From Patescibacteria group bacterium (GTDB lineage: Bacteria; Patescibacteriota; Microgenomatia; UBA8517), in assembly GCA_035291665.1 (NCBI GenBank), contig DATDRP010000004.1, positions 22,272-86,271 on the forward strand: DNA of 64,000 nucleotides. The letters run 5' to 3'. The notes below the pieces were generated by a model. It saw nothing but the letters and a program-made list of their open reading frames with translations, made no database searches and was not told where the DNA came from. Positions 37,292 to 46,624 of the stretch are shown piece after piece. The translations under genes were made by a program, and so were the position numbers. How positions within the stretch are numbered: the stretch's first letter is position 1; each line of letters begins with the position of its first letter.

Positions 37292-39649
37292 CTATTTGTT
37301 GTAGTTACTAAACCAGACAATATAGTCGGCTCCGTTAACTATCGTATCTCCATTAAAATCTCCGGCTGATGGGCCTTGTGTCGTTGACTTTTTATAGTTA
37401 TTAAACCAAACCAAATAATCGGCTCCGTTTACTTTTCCGTCACCATTGGCATCCCCCGGTTTTGCAGCATTTGTAGGAGTAGCAGTTGGAGTAAGACTGG
37501 GTCCGCCGGTTGGGGGAATAGGGGTCGGACTGATCGGGGAGATTTGGGTTGGTACAACAAGGTAAAGGGGAAATCGGGTATCTGTAGAAACCCGGACCGT
37601 ACCCGCATTTGCATCAAATACCGTGTTAAGCTGTACCACTGTTCCGTCATCGTTCACACCGGATATATTTAGATTTTTACCACCGGTTGCAAAGGTAATG
37701 GTAAAAGAGGTAGGAACAACCAAACGCGTATTTGATTCACTACCCCAACTGGTCACTGTTTCACCGTCGACCGTACCGGTGAATCCCGCAGCATTGGTAA
37801 CAGTCTGGTAAGAGTGAACAAACAGTTTGGCCGATCCGGAGAATAAGGGATAATTGGCATCACTCCTGATCATAACTAATGCGTTTTCCATAGGTGTTAC
37901 CCCTGACAGGGTCATCGGACCGATGGTGGTGTTTTTAAGATCGTTGACTAAACCGACGACTGCCGGGGCGTTAATTGTCACGCCGGTGCTTTTGGCAAAT
38001 ACCTGGCCTCCCGGAATCTGTATACCTGCTGCAAATTGTGTATCTGTTACTTTAGGATAATTACTAACATTTTGTGGAGAACCAAAGCTCATATAGAGCC
38101 GTTTGAGCCAATATCCGCGTTCAGAACCATCCCAGCCGTTTTGAAAGGAAAATGGAGAGAGAGCTAGTGATCCTTTAGACACTTGTTGGGCAAGATATTG
38201 AGAATTTTCAAATACGGAAACATGTTTTTCCGGCAGAGGATTTATAAACCTATATTCGACGATTGGCCCTGCTAATAGATCGCCCAAGCGGCGTGACGGA
38301 GCACCTACATGATGGTGGATATACTGGATACCTGACGCTTTTGCCTGATATAACGCTTGAGATTCATTGAAAACCAAAAATCCCGATGTTTGTTGCAGAC
38401 TATGGACAATAGCCTCCAGGATTGTCCTCTCGTAATCCCAGCGGTTAAGACCGTAATCGCCGACTTCCGGAACAGTGAATGGTGTATTTTCTAAACGACT
38501 GCCATCCATCGCCATACTCCAAAAGAAACCATTCGGATCCCGAAGAATACTTGTGCGCGTCTGGTAATTAGGCGGGTTGGTGATGGCATCACCTGAAGGA
38601 ACCCGTGCATAAATATGGCGGGAAGAAATATTGGTATTGGCAAGCACATGCCCGTCCATATAATTAAAAGTATTCATTACAACCAGAATATTGGGATTTA
38701 AGGATTTGAACCAGTCATACATATCTTTTGAATATTCGATCTCAGTATCACTCATAAACTTCACGAAATTTGATTTGTCTGTTGTAGTCCACCCATTGTA
38801 TGTGCTTTTTGCAGGAAACTGATTACCGGGAAGTGTCCAGCCTTTACCGGCATAATACGTACGGATCTTCGTATCAAGCTCCGGTTTCCAATACGCATTG
38901 GGGTCTGACGGATTAAGGATATTGTCAAACCATCCATTATGGCTGAAATATGCATCGGACAATCCATCTTCATTATACGGTTGCCAGATTATTCCGGGAT
39001 TATCTTTATATTTGATGCCTGTCTGGGTATTGATCCGATCGGCAAACCGTAGAATATGGACCTTTGCGATTTTATCTCGAAATTCCCTGCTCCAACTCAT
39101 ACCAAATGATCTGTAAACACCGACCGGATATCCTGACCGTGCTGCTGCATTTTCAAAAAAGAAACCTCCCATCCAGATCTGCATTCCCATTTGGTTGGCC
39201 CGGGCAATGGTTTTATCAAGCTGTACCATGCATTTTTCGGAAAGATCAGTTCCGGTTGGACCAGCCCAACAGCTATAACTGGCTGCGGAAGTGGTCATAT
39301 CCTTGACGTCATATCCCATCACACGTATAGTATTGAAACCTGCTGCGGCAATTCGTTTGATAGTTTTCAGATTATCTTCATCCGTCATATAACTGGTTGC
39401 GCCGATAGCAGCTGAGCCTTCATTTAATCCGGTACCAAAAATAATGAATTCCTTGCCACTGCGCATTAGTTTGCCGTTTTCAACAGTTAACCAGGATGTG
39501 ATTGGTGGCCGAGATGGTGCAGCCGCCTGACCGAAACTGCTGTCCCAGGCTGGATTCCAATCGATAAGCACAGATTGGGCATTTAGTGATGAAATAGGAA
39601 ATAAAAGAAAGAAAGAGGTCACCAGAAAACAGCGAAAAAAAGTTTTCAT
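37292..39649 (-). CDS. Secreted GH5-like glycoside hydrolase with C-terminal dockerin
   Basis: AGFNTIRV, RINTQTGIKYKDNPGIIWQPYNE (acid/base), RHIY, FTVPEVG (nucleophile); dockerin. Confidence 0.8.
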   Translation of the reverse strand: MKTFFRCFLVTSFFLLFPISSLNAQSVLIDWNPAWDSSFGQAAAPSRPPITSWLTVENGKLMRSGKEFIIFGTGLNEGSAAIGATSYMTDEDNLKTIKRIAAAGFNTIRVMGYDVKDMTTSAASYSCWAGPTGTDLSEKCMVQLDKTIARANQMGMQIWMGGFFFENAAARSGYPVGVYRSFGMSWSREFRDKIAKVHILRFADRINTQTGIKYKDNPGIIWQPYNEDGLSDAYFSHNGWFDNILNPSDPNAYWKPELDTKIRTYYAGKGWTLPGNQFPAKSTYNGWTTTDKSNFVKFMSDTEIEYSKDMYDWFKSLNPNILVVMNTFNYMDGHVLANTNISSRHIYARVPSGDAITNPPNYQTRTSILRDPNGFFWSMAMDGSRLENTPFTVPEVGDYGLNRWDYERTILEAIVHSLQQTSGFLVFNESQALYQAKASGIQYIHHHVGAPSRRLGDLLAGPIVEYRFINPLPEKHVSVFENSQYLAQQVSKGSLALSPFSFQNGWDGSERGYWLKRLYMSFGSPQNVSNYPKVTDTQFAAGIQIPGGQVFAKSTGVTINAPAVVGLVNDLKNTTIGPMTLSGVTPMENALVMIRSDANYPLFSGSAKLFVHSYQTVTNAAGFTGTVDGETVTSWGSESNTRLVVPTSFTITFATGGKNLNISGVNDDGTVVQLNTVFDANAGTVRVSTDTRFPLYLVVPTQISPISPTPIPPTGGPSLTPTATPTNAAKPGDANGDGKVNGADYLVWFNNYKKSTTQGPSAGDFNGDTIVNGADYIVWFSNYNK

Positions 39650-39733
39650 AATAAAGCCTTATATCATTTTGTTGCGGTTGAACATTGAAGTCAAGTGGTG
39701 TCAATGTTGTTTATCTCGAATATTAACAAAAAC

Positions 39734-40897
39734 TTACTTTCCGTAATTACCAAACCAAACTAAATAGTCTCCACCATTAACAAATCCATCCTCGTTAAAG
39801 TCTCCTGCTAATGCTCCCTGGCTGGTTGATTTTTTATAGTTATTAAACCAGACCAAATAATCCGCTCCGTTTACTTTCCCGTCGCCATTAGCATCCCCCG
39901 GTTTTACAGCAATTATCGGGGTAGCTGTTGGAGTAAGACTGGGTCCGCCGGTTGGGGGAGTAGAAGCACCGGGGATTGAACTTGCAATCCAAACAGATCC
40001 TTGCCGAAGATCGCCGGTTATACCGTTACCACTAGCGTCATTCAAAATATATCCCGTCCCATTACCCTCATCCAGGTGATATAAAAGTAGTGTATTTATA
40101 TCATTAATGTATGGATTTGAGGGAGGAGTAAAACTTCCCTGATACCGTAAATTATTTGAGATCCTCAGTTCATCAAAATAACCGTTGTATGATGGATATT
40201 GACTTCCTGCATCATGTTTTTCAGCAGCAATGACAAGGTATGGGTCGCTCTCATTACAACTCGGTCCGGTTGAAAGATTAGTACAGCAGGTTGAACAGGG
40301 GACTGCGTTATCGGGATAAGATATTACTCCGTCAGGTCCGTCTGCTTCTGCCCTGACAATCCCGTCAACAAAGATCCACATATATCCATCCGATATTCGT
40401 CTCTCAATGGCAACATGGTGCCAAATGTCGTCAAGTACGGTATTACCACCGCAGATTGTGCGGTTTCCCGTACCGTTACCGCTGACGCCGAAAACCAATT
40501 TTCCGCCGGCAATTGATAAGCCGAATTTTCTGTCCTGGTTAAATCGGTCGCGGTCGATGACAATATTTCCGAATATCCAGTTGTCATTTGTTCCGCATGC
40601 GACGGATGAAGATGTATTATCAGCGCTTTTTGCTCTCATCCAAAATTCCAATGTAAAATCAGTATCTCCGATATCAGCAGCAGTACTTTCTGAATTTTGA
40701 CCATTAATTGGAATTTTAATCCGATCGAGCTGATTTGTGCCGGTTCCGTTAAACTTGAGAGCCGATCCAAAATCTGCGTAAGCTTTATTAAAGTTTGATA
40801 TTAAAAGAAAGAAAGCCGTAAGAAAAATAGTTAATAATCTCAACTGAAGGCTAATTGTAATTTTGTTTTTGAAGCGCTTTGTTAACATGATGTTCAA
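39734..40897 (-). CDS. Secreted LamG/concanavalin-like domain protein with C-terminal dockerin
   Basis: SALKFNG, DFTLEFWM, DDIWHHVA, IFVDG, GYFDELRIS, LYHLDEG; dockerin. Confidence 0.85.
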   Translation of the reverse strand: MNIMLTKRFKNKITISLQLRLLTIFLTAFFLLISNFNKAYADFGSALKFNGTGTNQLDRIKIPINGQNSESTAADIGDTDFTLEFWMRAKSADNTSSSVACGTNDNWIFGNIVIDRDRFNQDRKFGLSIAGGKLVFGVSGNGTGNRTICGGNTVLDDIWHHVAIERRISDGYMWIFVDGIVRAEADGPDGVISYPDNAVPCSTCCTNLSTGPSCNESDPYLVIAAEKHDAGSQYPSYNGYFDELRISNNLRYQGSFTPPSNPYINDINTLLLYHLDEGNGTGYILNDASGNGITGDLRQGSVWIASSIPGASTPPTGGPSLTPTATPIIAVKPGDANGDGKVNGADYLVWFNNYKKSTSQGALAGDFNEDGFVNGGDYLVWFGNYGK

Positions 40898-41018
40898 GTA
40901 TCAGGGAAAATAAAACCATAATCAATGGTATTTTTATCAACTACTGGACAGTGAAGGGGAGTTATTGGATAATGTAAGGAATTTGTTTGTGGGTAAGAAA
41001 TATTAATTTTTAATATAT

Positions 41019-42128
41019 ATGAAAGGACTCGAATTTCCGATAATAGGCACAAAAGCTTCTTCAACCGGTGATGTATATTCCAATTCAGGGAGCGGAAAAA
41101 TCGAAAAATTTGATATCAATTCACCGGGCGGCAGGAAAGAATATTTTGAGGCAAAAGTCGGAGATGAGATCAATCATATCAAAGATTTCTTAAAAGACAG
41201 GACTTTTATTGCCTATATGCTTGGTAAAAAGGGGTCCGGTAAAGGTACGTATTCAAAACTTTTAACTGAGGTTTTTGGTGAAGATAAAATGGTAACAGTA
41301 TCTGTTGGGGATTTGATTCGGGAAGCCGATGATTGGGAAAATTTCAAAAAAACCGAGAAATATGAAAAATTACGGAAATACTATCGGGGGTATGTTTCAT
41401 TTGATGAGGCAGTTAAGGCGCACCTTTCCAGAAGTACTTCAAAATTGCTGCCAACAGAATTTATTCTGGCTCTGGTTAAAGCTCACATTGACGGATTACA
41501 GCGTAAATCAATTTTTATTGACGGATTGCCAAGGGATTTGGATCAGGTATCCTACTCGCTTTATTTTCGCGACTTAATTGCTTACCGGGATGACCCCGAT
41601 ATGTTTGTCTTGATTGATATTCCGGAATCAGTAATCGACGCCAGAATAAAAACAAGGGTTATCTGCCCAAAATGCAGCCTATCGCGTAATTTGAAACTTC
41701 TTCCGACCAATAATGTCGGTTTTGATTCCAAAAAAAGAAAGTTTTATTTACTTTGTGATAACACTGATTGTGAAGGTAACGGTACAGAAATAATGGTAGG
41801 AAAAGAGGGAGATGACAAAGGCATAGATCCGATCAGGAAGCGGTTGGATAAAGATGAAGAAATTCTCAAAAAAGCATTCGATCTTTACGGTATTCCGAAG
41901 ATACTGCTTCGTAACCACGTACCGGCAACAGAGGCAGGCAAGTACTTTGATAGTTACGAGCTCACACCTGATTTTGATTATACGATCGACAAAAAAGGCA
42001 AAATTAAAAAGACCGAAAAACATTGGACGTTTAAGGACGATAACGGTATTGAATCGTACTCTCTTATGGCAGCAGCGGTTGTTGCAGTCTTCATAAAGCA
42101 GCTTGCAGAAGTATTAGGGGAAATTTAA
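41019..42128 (+). CDS. Adenylate/NMP kinase-like protein, enlarged, with Zn-type lid
   Basis: GKKGSGKGT P-loop, SVGDLIR, FIDGLPR, RVICPKC...C..C. Confidence 0.8.
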   Translation: MKGLEFPIIGTKASSTGDVYSNSGSGKIEKFDINSPGGRKEYFEAKVGDEINHIKDFLKDRTFIAYMLGKKGSGKGTYSKLLTEVFGEDKMVTVSVGDLIREADDWENFKKTEKYEKLRKYYRGYVSFDEAVKAHLSRSTSKLLPTEFILALVKAHIDGLQRKSIFIDGLPRDLDQVSYSLYFRDLIAYRDDPDMFVLIDIPESVIDARIKTRVICPKCSLSRNLKLLPTNNVGFDSKKRKFYLLCDNTDCEGNGTEIMVGKEGDDKGIDPIRKRLDKDEEILKKAFDLYGIPKILLRNHVPATEAGKYFDSYELTPDFDYTIDKKGKIKKTEKHWTFKDDNGIESYSLMAAAVVAVFIKQLAEVLGEI

Positions 42129-42139
42129 ACCTCTTCTCT

Positions 42140-42181
42140 CGTATCACGTATCACGTTTCTCGTATTTCGTTTTTCGTATTT
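42140..42181. repeat. Heptamer tandem repeat
   Basis: cgtatca cgtatca cgtttct cgtattt cgttttt cgtattt. Confidence 0.8.
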
Positions 42182-42200
42182 AGTTTTGTACAATGGATAG

Positions 42201-43142
42201 ATGGATGAGAATGCTGAAAATCCGATTGATGTTCATGATACCCTGGAACGTCGGGAATCACCCGTGATAAAACCTCTTTATGATTTGAGAAGTCCTGTTA
42301 TAACCCCTAAATTTATATTAGGAAGCTTGGATCTTGATATTAAAAATGCATCTGATCAATATAAACCCAAGTTAACATTAAGGAAGAATTATTATACAAG
42401 ACTTTTTGAAACAGAGTTTCGTAGTCTTCAAACGGAAAAGATCGAAAACCCCAAGGAAGTTGAAAAACAGTTTATTAAAAAAACCAAAGAACTTTTGGAT
42501 CAAAAAATGGGTATGGCTGTAACAAGGGAAGAAGTTGACAGAGCCCAAGCCAATAGCGAGTATTTTGACGGAATGATTTCTGATGCAAGAGAGGGCAGGG
42601 ATCCTTTGACCGGTTTGTACAACAGATATGGATTTGTTGAGATGATGACGCAAATTATGAGAGACCCCGTAAAAATGTATGGAGAACAAGGTGCAAAACA
42701 TTTAATGGATAAAAAGGTTGCAGTTATTATTACTGATATTGATGATTTTGGTTTGTTTAACAAAAAACATGGTATGGAAGTTGGGGATGCAGTATTGGAA
42801 ACAACAGCATTGGCTATGCGTGAAGGAGTAAGACCATCAGATGTAGTTTGCCGGCATGGCGGAGAAGAAAATGTGGTTGTTGCATTTGATGTTGACCCAA
42901 AGCTAATTTATAAAAGGATGAATGAAAAGCTCAATAATTTCGGAAATACTTTTGGAATTACTTTTAGTGCAGGCGCAGTCGAAGTAGAATGGGAAGAACT
43001 AAAGAAAATTTTTACTGCAGAAGGCGCTTGGGAAGATAAAGCAAAACAATTTGACAATTTAATTTTAAAACAAGCCGACAATGAATTGAGAATTGTAAAA
43101 AGCCGGGGTAAAAATAATATCAAAGTAGCCGGGACTGATTGA
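42201..43142 (+). CDS. GGDEF-domain protein (diguanylate cyclase-like)
   Basis: DPLTGLYNR, DIDDFGLFN..HG..VGD, RPSD I-site, RHGGEEN, TFSAG. Confidence 0.88.
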   Translation: MDENAENPIDVHDTLERRESPVIKPLYDLRSPVITPKFILGSLDLDIKNASDQYKPKLTLRKNYYTRLFETEFRSLQTEKIENPKEVEKQFIKKTKELLDQKMGMAVTREEVDRAQANSEYFDGMISDAREGRDPLTGLYNRYGFVEMMTQIMRDPVKMYGEQGAKHLMDKKVAVIITDIDDFGLFNKKHGMEVGDAVLETTALAMREGVRPSDVVCRHGGEENVVVAFDVDPKLIYKRMNEKLNNFGNTFGITFSAGAVEVEWEELKKIFTAEGAWEDKAKQFDNLILKQADNELRIVKSRGKNNIKVAGTD

Positions 43143-43157
43143 TTAAGTTATAACAGC

Positions 43158-43260
43158 GTTCAAGAAAACCACGTTCAGTTTACATGAACGTGGATGAATT
43201 GAACTGTGATATGTCATCCTCCTTAGGGGAACCCCCGAGTTGACTCGGGGGAGGATGTCA
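43158..43260 (+). mobile_element. IS200/IS605-type miniature non-autonomous element (PATE-like)
   Basis: GTTCAAGAAAACCACGTTCA...TGAACGTGGATGAATTGAAC and CCCCCGAGT-TG-ACTCGGGGGAGGATGTCA hairpins. Confidence 0.7.
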
Positions 43261-43524
43261 TGGAGTTTCTTTAAATGATATTCCCCAAGTATTGATGCAA
43301 ACCCGGTTTTGCTCGAAGTATCTTTCCCGGATCTGCTTGGAGGTTAAAAAAGCATTGCAATTCGGTACCAGAGGTACAACCCCGTTGGTTGGTTTGACTC
43401 CGAATTCTTCTGGAGAATTGCTCATACACATATGTCCGCAGGTATTGAATCCTGTTTCCGAGTGGAAATTACAGGTAATAAAAGATCTTTGTACTGGAGT
43501 AAAAGTGAGCCTTCTATCTACCAT
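43258..43524 (-). CDS. Small Cys-containing hypothetical protein
   Basis: 88 aa ORF; its stop codon overlaps the end of the miniature element. Confidence 0.45.
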   Translation of the reverse strand: MVDRRLTFTPVQRSFITCNFHSETGFNTCGHMCMSNSPEEFGVKPTNGVVPLVPNCNAFLTSKQIRERYFEQNRVCINTWGISFKETP

Positions 43525-43774
43525 ATAACTACAATAATATTGGCAATTATACGACTATGAGTCAACTAATATTATATGATATAAAGTATCAAATAGTGCA
43601 ACATAATAAATCAGGAATTCGATAATATAGGTATTAAATTAATTATACTCGTGAAATAAAAACTCAAAAAATTTAAAAAAAGGGATTTGGTTTTACTGAC
43701 GTTGAAGCAAATTTAAACTGCATTTTTAAGAGGCAACTCTAATTGTAGTCATATACCAAAATAAATATCAAGAA

Positions 43775-44110
43775 TTGAATTATTATAGACATAAATTGTT
43801 TAGTGTAAGGGTGGCAGAAATATATAACGGCTACGATAGAATTATGGCGTTGCCCCGTAACCAGAGGATTCAGGATGAGGAGGGAGACGTGCGGGAAGTT
43901 CAAGAACTACTGGGTTTTGATAATCCAAAATTAGCGAAACAATTAATTCAAAGAGGAGTCGATTTGAATGCATTAAGCATAAATGTAGATGAAGCAATGC
44001 TTACTTTTGGACCGGAAGTTGTTAAAAAGTTTCTTTGCTCCCGTTTTGTGAGACGTGACGGTCGAATAAAAAGTCACAAATTAGCCCCTGCGATAAAAAA
44101 CGGAGTCTGA
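43775..44110 (+). CDS. Hypothetical protein (start uncertain)
   Basis: 111 aa ORF. Confidence 0.45.
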   Translation: MNYYRHKLFSVRVAEIYNGYDRIMALPRNQRIQDEEGDVREVQELLGFDNPKLAKQLIQRGVDLNALSINVDEAMLTFGPEVVKKFLCSRFVRRDGRIKSHKLAPAIKNGV

Positions 44111-44163
44111 CTAAAAAGAAACACTCTTCACAATTGCTTCAAAGTGTTAAAATACTTCAACTA

Positions 44164-44235
44164 CGGGGTGTAGTGAATCGGTATCACGCTACGTTCGGGA
44201 CGTAGAAACACTGGGTTCAATTCCCAGCACCCCGA
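44164..44235 (+). tRNA. tRNA-Pro(CGG)
   Basis: CGGGGTG TA GTG AATCGGTAT CAC G CTACG TT CGG GA CGTAG AAACA CTGGG TTCAATT CCCAG CACCCCG A. Confidence 0.95.
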
Positions 44236-44297
44236 CAAATCATGACAATTTCAGTAACGCTTCCCGGAAGGAACAAAATTTGTTAAACAAATTTACA

Positions 44298-44314
44298 AAT
44301 CCGGGCACCCCGAC
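44298..44314 (+). repeat. Duplicated tRNA-Pro 3' end (att-like remnant)
   Basis: AATCCGGGCACCCCGAC versus the tRNA end ATTCCCAGCACCCCGAC. Confidence 0.6.
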
Positions 44315-44335
44315 TGATGTGGATTTGGCATGCTA

Positions 44336-44956
44336 TTATGATTTGAGTATTTCCTGAAGTTTATCGACGCTATTACAAAATACTAGTTCATCAATTTTAT
44401 CCATAAATCTTTCAGATTCATCTTTTACCGCTTCGGAATAATTACCTTTTTGGGTTTTCTCGTTTAACGATCTTTCGTCTGCCCTAAAAAACAGTATTAT
44501 ATTAATCATCGTAGGTAAAGTATTAGTTGAGAATTGGTGTTGAAGTCTATCATTCCCAGCGGGTAAATGAATCAATTCTAAGCCTTTTATCAATGCATCA
44601 CAGGCGGCAACTACCGCTATTTGTGGAAGATACATAGGAGGTAAATTAGGATCTTTTTGAAAATTTTTTGTAAGATCATTCTTTGTGAATTTGTTCATGG
44701 TATACCCTCTTGGTAGGTTAAGTGGGCGATAGGGAGTACTGCCTTTTTGCGATTGAATAAAATTGGTTATTTCCCCGGCAATGAAAATTGAGGCATTCAG
44801 ATTATCAATTAAATGATTTGCTATTTCTTTTTCCTTCACTACAACCGGATGTTTGCCAAGCATTTCAACTAATTGCTCGAACGTGGTTTCTTTACTTTTA
44901 ATCATAACTTGTTCGGAAAAGTAGCTCATAGTACTGCAACCGTTTATTGTAGTCAA
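44336..44956 (-). CDS. Hypothetical protein
   Basis: About 200 aa ORF at the end of the RDD operon. Confidence 0.65.
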   Translation of the reverse strand: MTTINGCSTMSYFSEQVMIKSKETTFEQLVEMLGKHPVVVKEKEIANHLIDNLNASIFIAGEITNFIQSQKGSTPYRPLNLPRGYTMNKFTKNDLTKNFQKDPNLPPMYLPQIAVVAACDALIKGLELIHLPAGNDRLQHQFSTNTLPTMINIILFFRADERSLNEKTQKGNYSEAVKDESERFMDKIDELVFCNSVDKLQEILKS

Positions 44957-44964
44957 ATTCTGGT

Positions 44965-45609
44965 TTAATAAGTTTTCAGGTCTACCGGTTTATTTGGATC
45001 AGTAGTTGGGGTGGGTTCTGTCAGATTCAGCTCCTTACTGGCCTGCTCATAAATTTCAGTATAAAGATTTCCGTTTTGTATTATTCTTGAAACTGTCATA
45101 GAAAAAACACCGATATTAACAAGCCAGATCAAAAGGAGTATCAAAATTCCCAAAACCGGTGTAAATAAGTTGCGTTTTACGACAACTGTTTTTCCGATTA
45201 AATCATGCCAAGTGCGCTTTTTTTGATCCTTGAACATATGAAAATATCCCAAGCCAAAAAAAGCACCGGAAACAACATAACCGACCGTCAGCCGAAAGAT
45301 TGATTCCCAAAAGGTCAAAAACATTCCATCGCTTTTAATAATCTTTTGGGCTGTGAGAATCTTTCCGAATGTACCGCCAAAACGAGATGTAAGAAATGCT
45401 TCAACCGGAAGGATCAGAACGGTCGTTGTTAGAAAGAAGATCATCAAGTTAAGAATTCCGTTTAAAAGCTGGTTCATTTCAGTACTGAAGCTGACAGAGT
45501 ACAAGAGAAATAAGAAAACAAGAGAAAATAAACCAGCATCAATTAGCTTTGAAATTAACCGGTCATAAAAGGTTGAGTATTTATTATTATTTTTCATTTT
45601 CTTTTTCAA
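44965..45609 (-). CDS. RDD family membrane protein
   Basis: RLISKLID, GGTFGK, KRTWHDLIGKTVVV. Confidence 0.88.
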   Translation of the reverse strand: MKKKMKNNNKYSTFYDRLISKLIDAGLFSLVFLFLLYSVSFSTEMNQLLNGILNLMIFFLTTTVLILPVEAFLTSRFGGTFGKILTAQKIIKSDGMFLTFWESIFRLTVGYVVSGAFFGLGYFHMFKDQKKRTWHDLIGKTVVVKRNLFTPVLGILILLLIWLVNIGVFSMTVSRIIQNGNLYTEIYEQASKELNLTEPTPTTDPNKPVDLKTY

Positions 45610-46624
45610 ACAACAGATAATCTGAATAAAGCTGATTCCAATTTGAGTAATTAAAGACTGTCAAAGTTGCCCGCAGGATCATACTCAATGCTAAAAACAG
45701 TAAGAAGGCCAGGCATATTAAAATGATAAGTATTATCGAAATTTCACCCGATTTTTTATAAATAAAATAGGTGATTAGGGATGGAACGCCGAGTGAAACA
45801 CCAAGGATGATTATGCTTAAGCAGCCTACGGCCATTGTGATTGCTTGGTTTACAATTCCGGTTACGATTGTCGGGATTAAGGAATTTTTCCCCATCCGGA
45901 TAGCCGTTGACCAAGCTTTTGTTGGTGAGTAATTTTCCAAAACAATCAACCGTTCAGCGTAGATACGGCTTATGGTAAGAAGCATAATAGCTGCGAAAAA
46001 TAAAATTACAGAAGAAATGCCTCCGATGATGATCCATAATGTTTTTAATATTTCAAAACTTTTCAAAATATAAAAAATAACTGCCCAAACCATAGGTATT
46101 ACAGTTACCAATCCAAAGCTTAAAAGTCCCAACAATAAAGAAAAATATATAAGATTTTTAAGCCTTTTTATTCCTTGTGGGGAAGTGTTTTCCAGTGTTG
46201 GTGTTTCTTTTTTGGTAAGAGCCATATCAAGGCCGGCGATAAGTGATCCTTTTGCCCAATTAGTTATTAAGAGACTTACTGATATACCCAAAATAATAAG
46301 AAGTAAAGTAAGAAGTGCAATGAGTACCCAGGTTCCGATTGGAATGGAAACTGCCCAATCCCGGAGATTGCCGGTGAATGTGCCCAAAACTGAGTTAGCC
46401 ATATCAGGTAAATTTTCATCAGGTTTTAGAGGGTTTTCCATTTCCAAGTTTTGTGGATTTTCAATGGAATCGGATAGGGAATTGGCAATTCTATATGACC
46501 CGGCACCCGTGGAACTTGATAGAATGAAACCCAAAATCCATAACCATTTATACTTTTTTACGATTTCAAACGATGTTTTTATGTATTTTGAATAATCAGG
46601 AAGTTTCATATTATGCTCTGACAA
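45587..46624 (-). CDS. Multi-pass membrane protein
   Basis: About 6 TM segments; KYKWLWILGF N-terminus; overlaps both RDD genes. Confidence 0.8.
   Translation of the reverse strand: MSEHNMKLPDYSKYIKTSFEIVKKYKWLWILGFILSSSTGAGSYRIANSLSDSIENPQNLEMENPLKPDENLPDMANSVLGTFTGNLRDWAVSIPIGTWVLIALLTLLLIILGISVSLLITNWAKGSLIAGLDMALTKKETPTLENTSPQGIKRLKNLIYFSLLLGLLSFGLVTVIPMVWAVIFYILKSFEILKTLWIIIGGISSVILFFAAIMLLTISRIYAERLIVLENYSPTKAWSTAIRMGKNSLIPTIVTGIVNQAITMAVGCLSIIILGVSLGVPSLITYFIYKKSGEISIILIILICLAFLLFLALSMILRATLTVFNYSNWNQLYSDYLLFEKENEK

Noticed and set aside
24533-39901. Dockerin repeats as a CRISPR array or DGR template/variable repeats
   Set aside because: The repeats are in-frame coding modules kilobases apart. 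No reverse transcriptase is in the window, and the four mismatches in the closest pair are not all at adenines.
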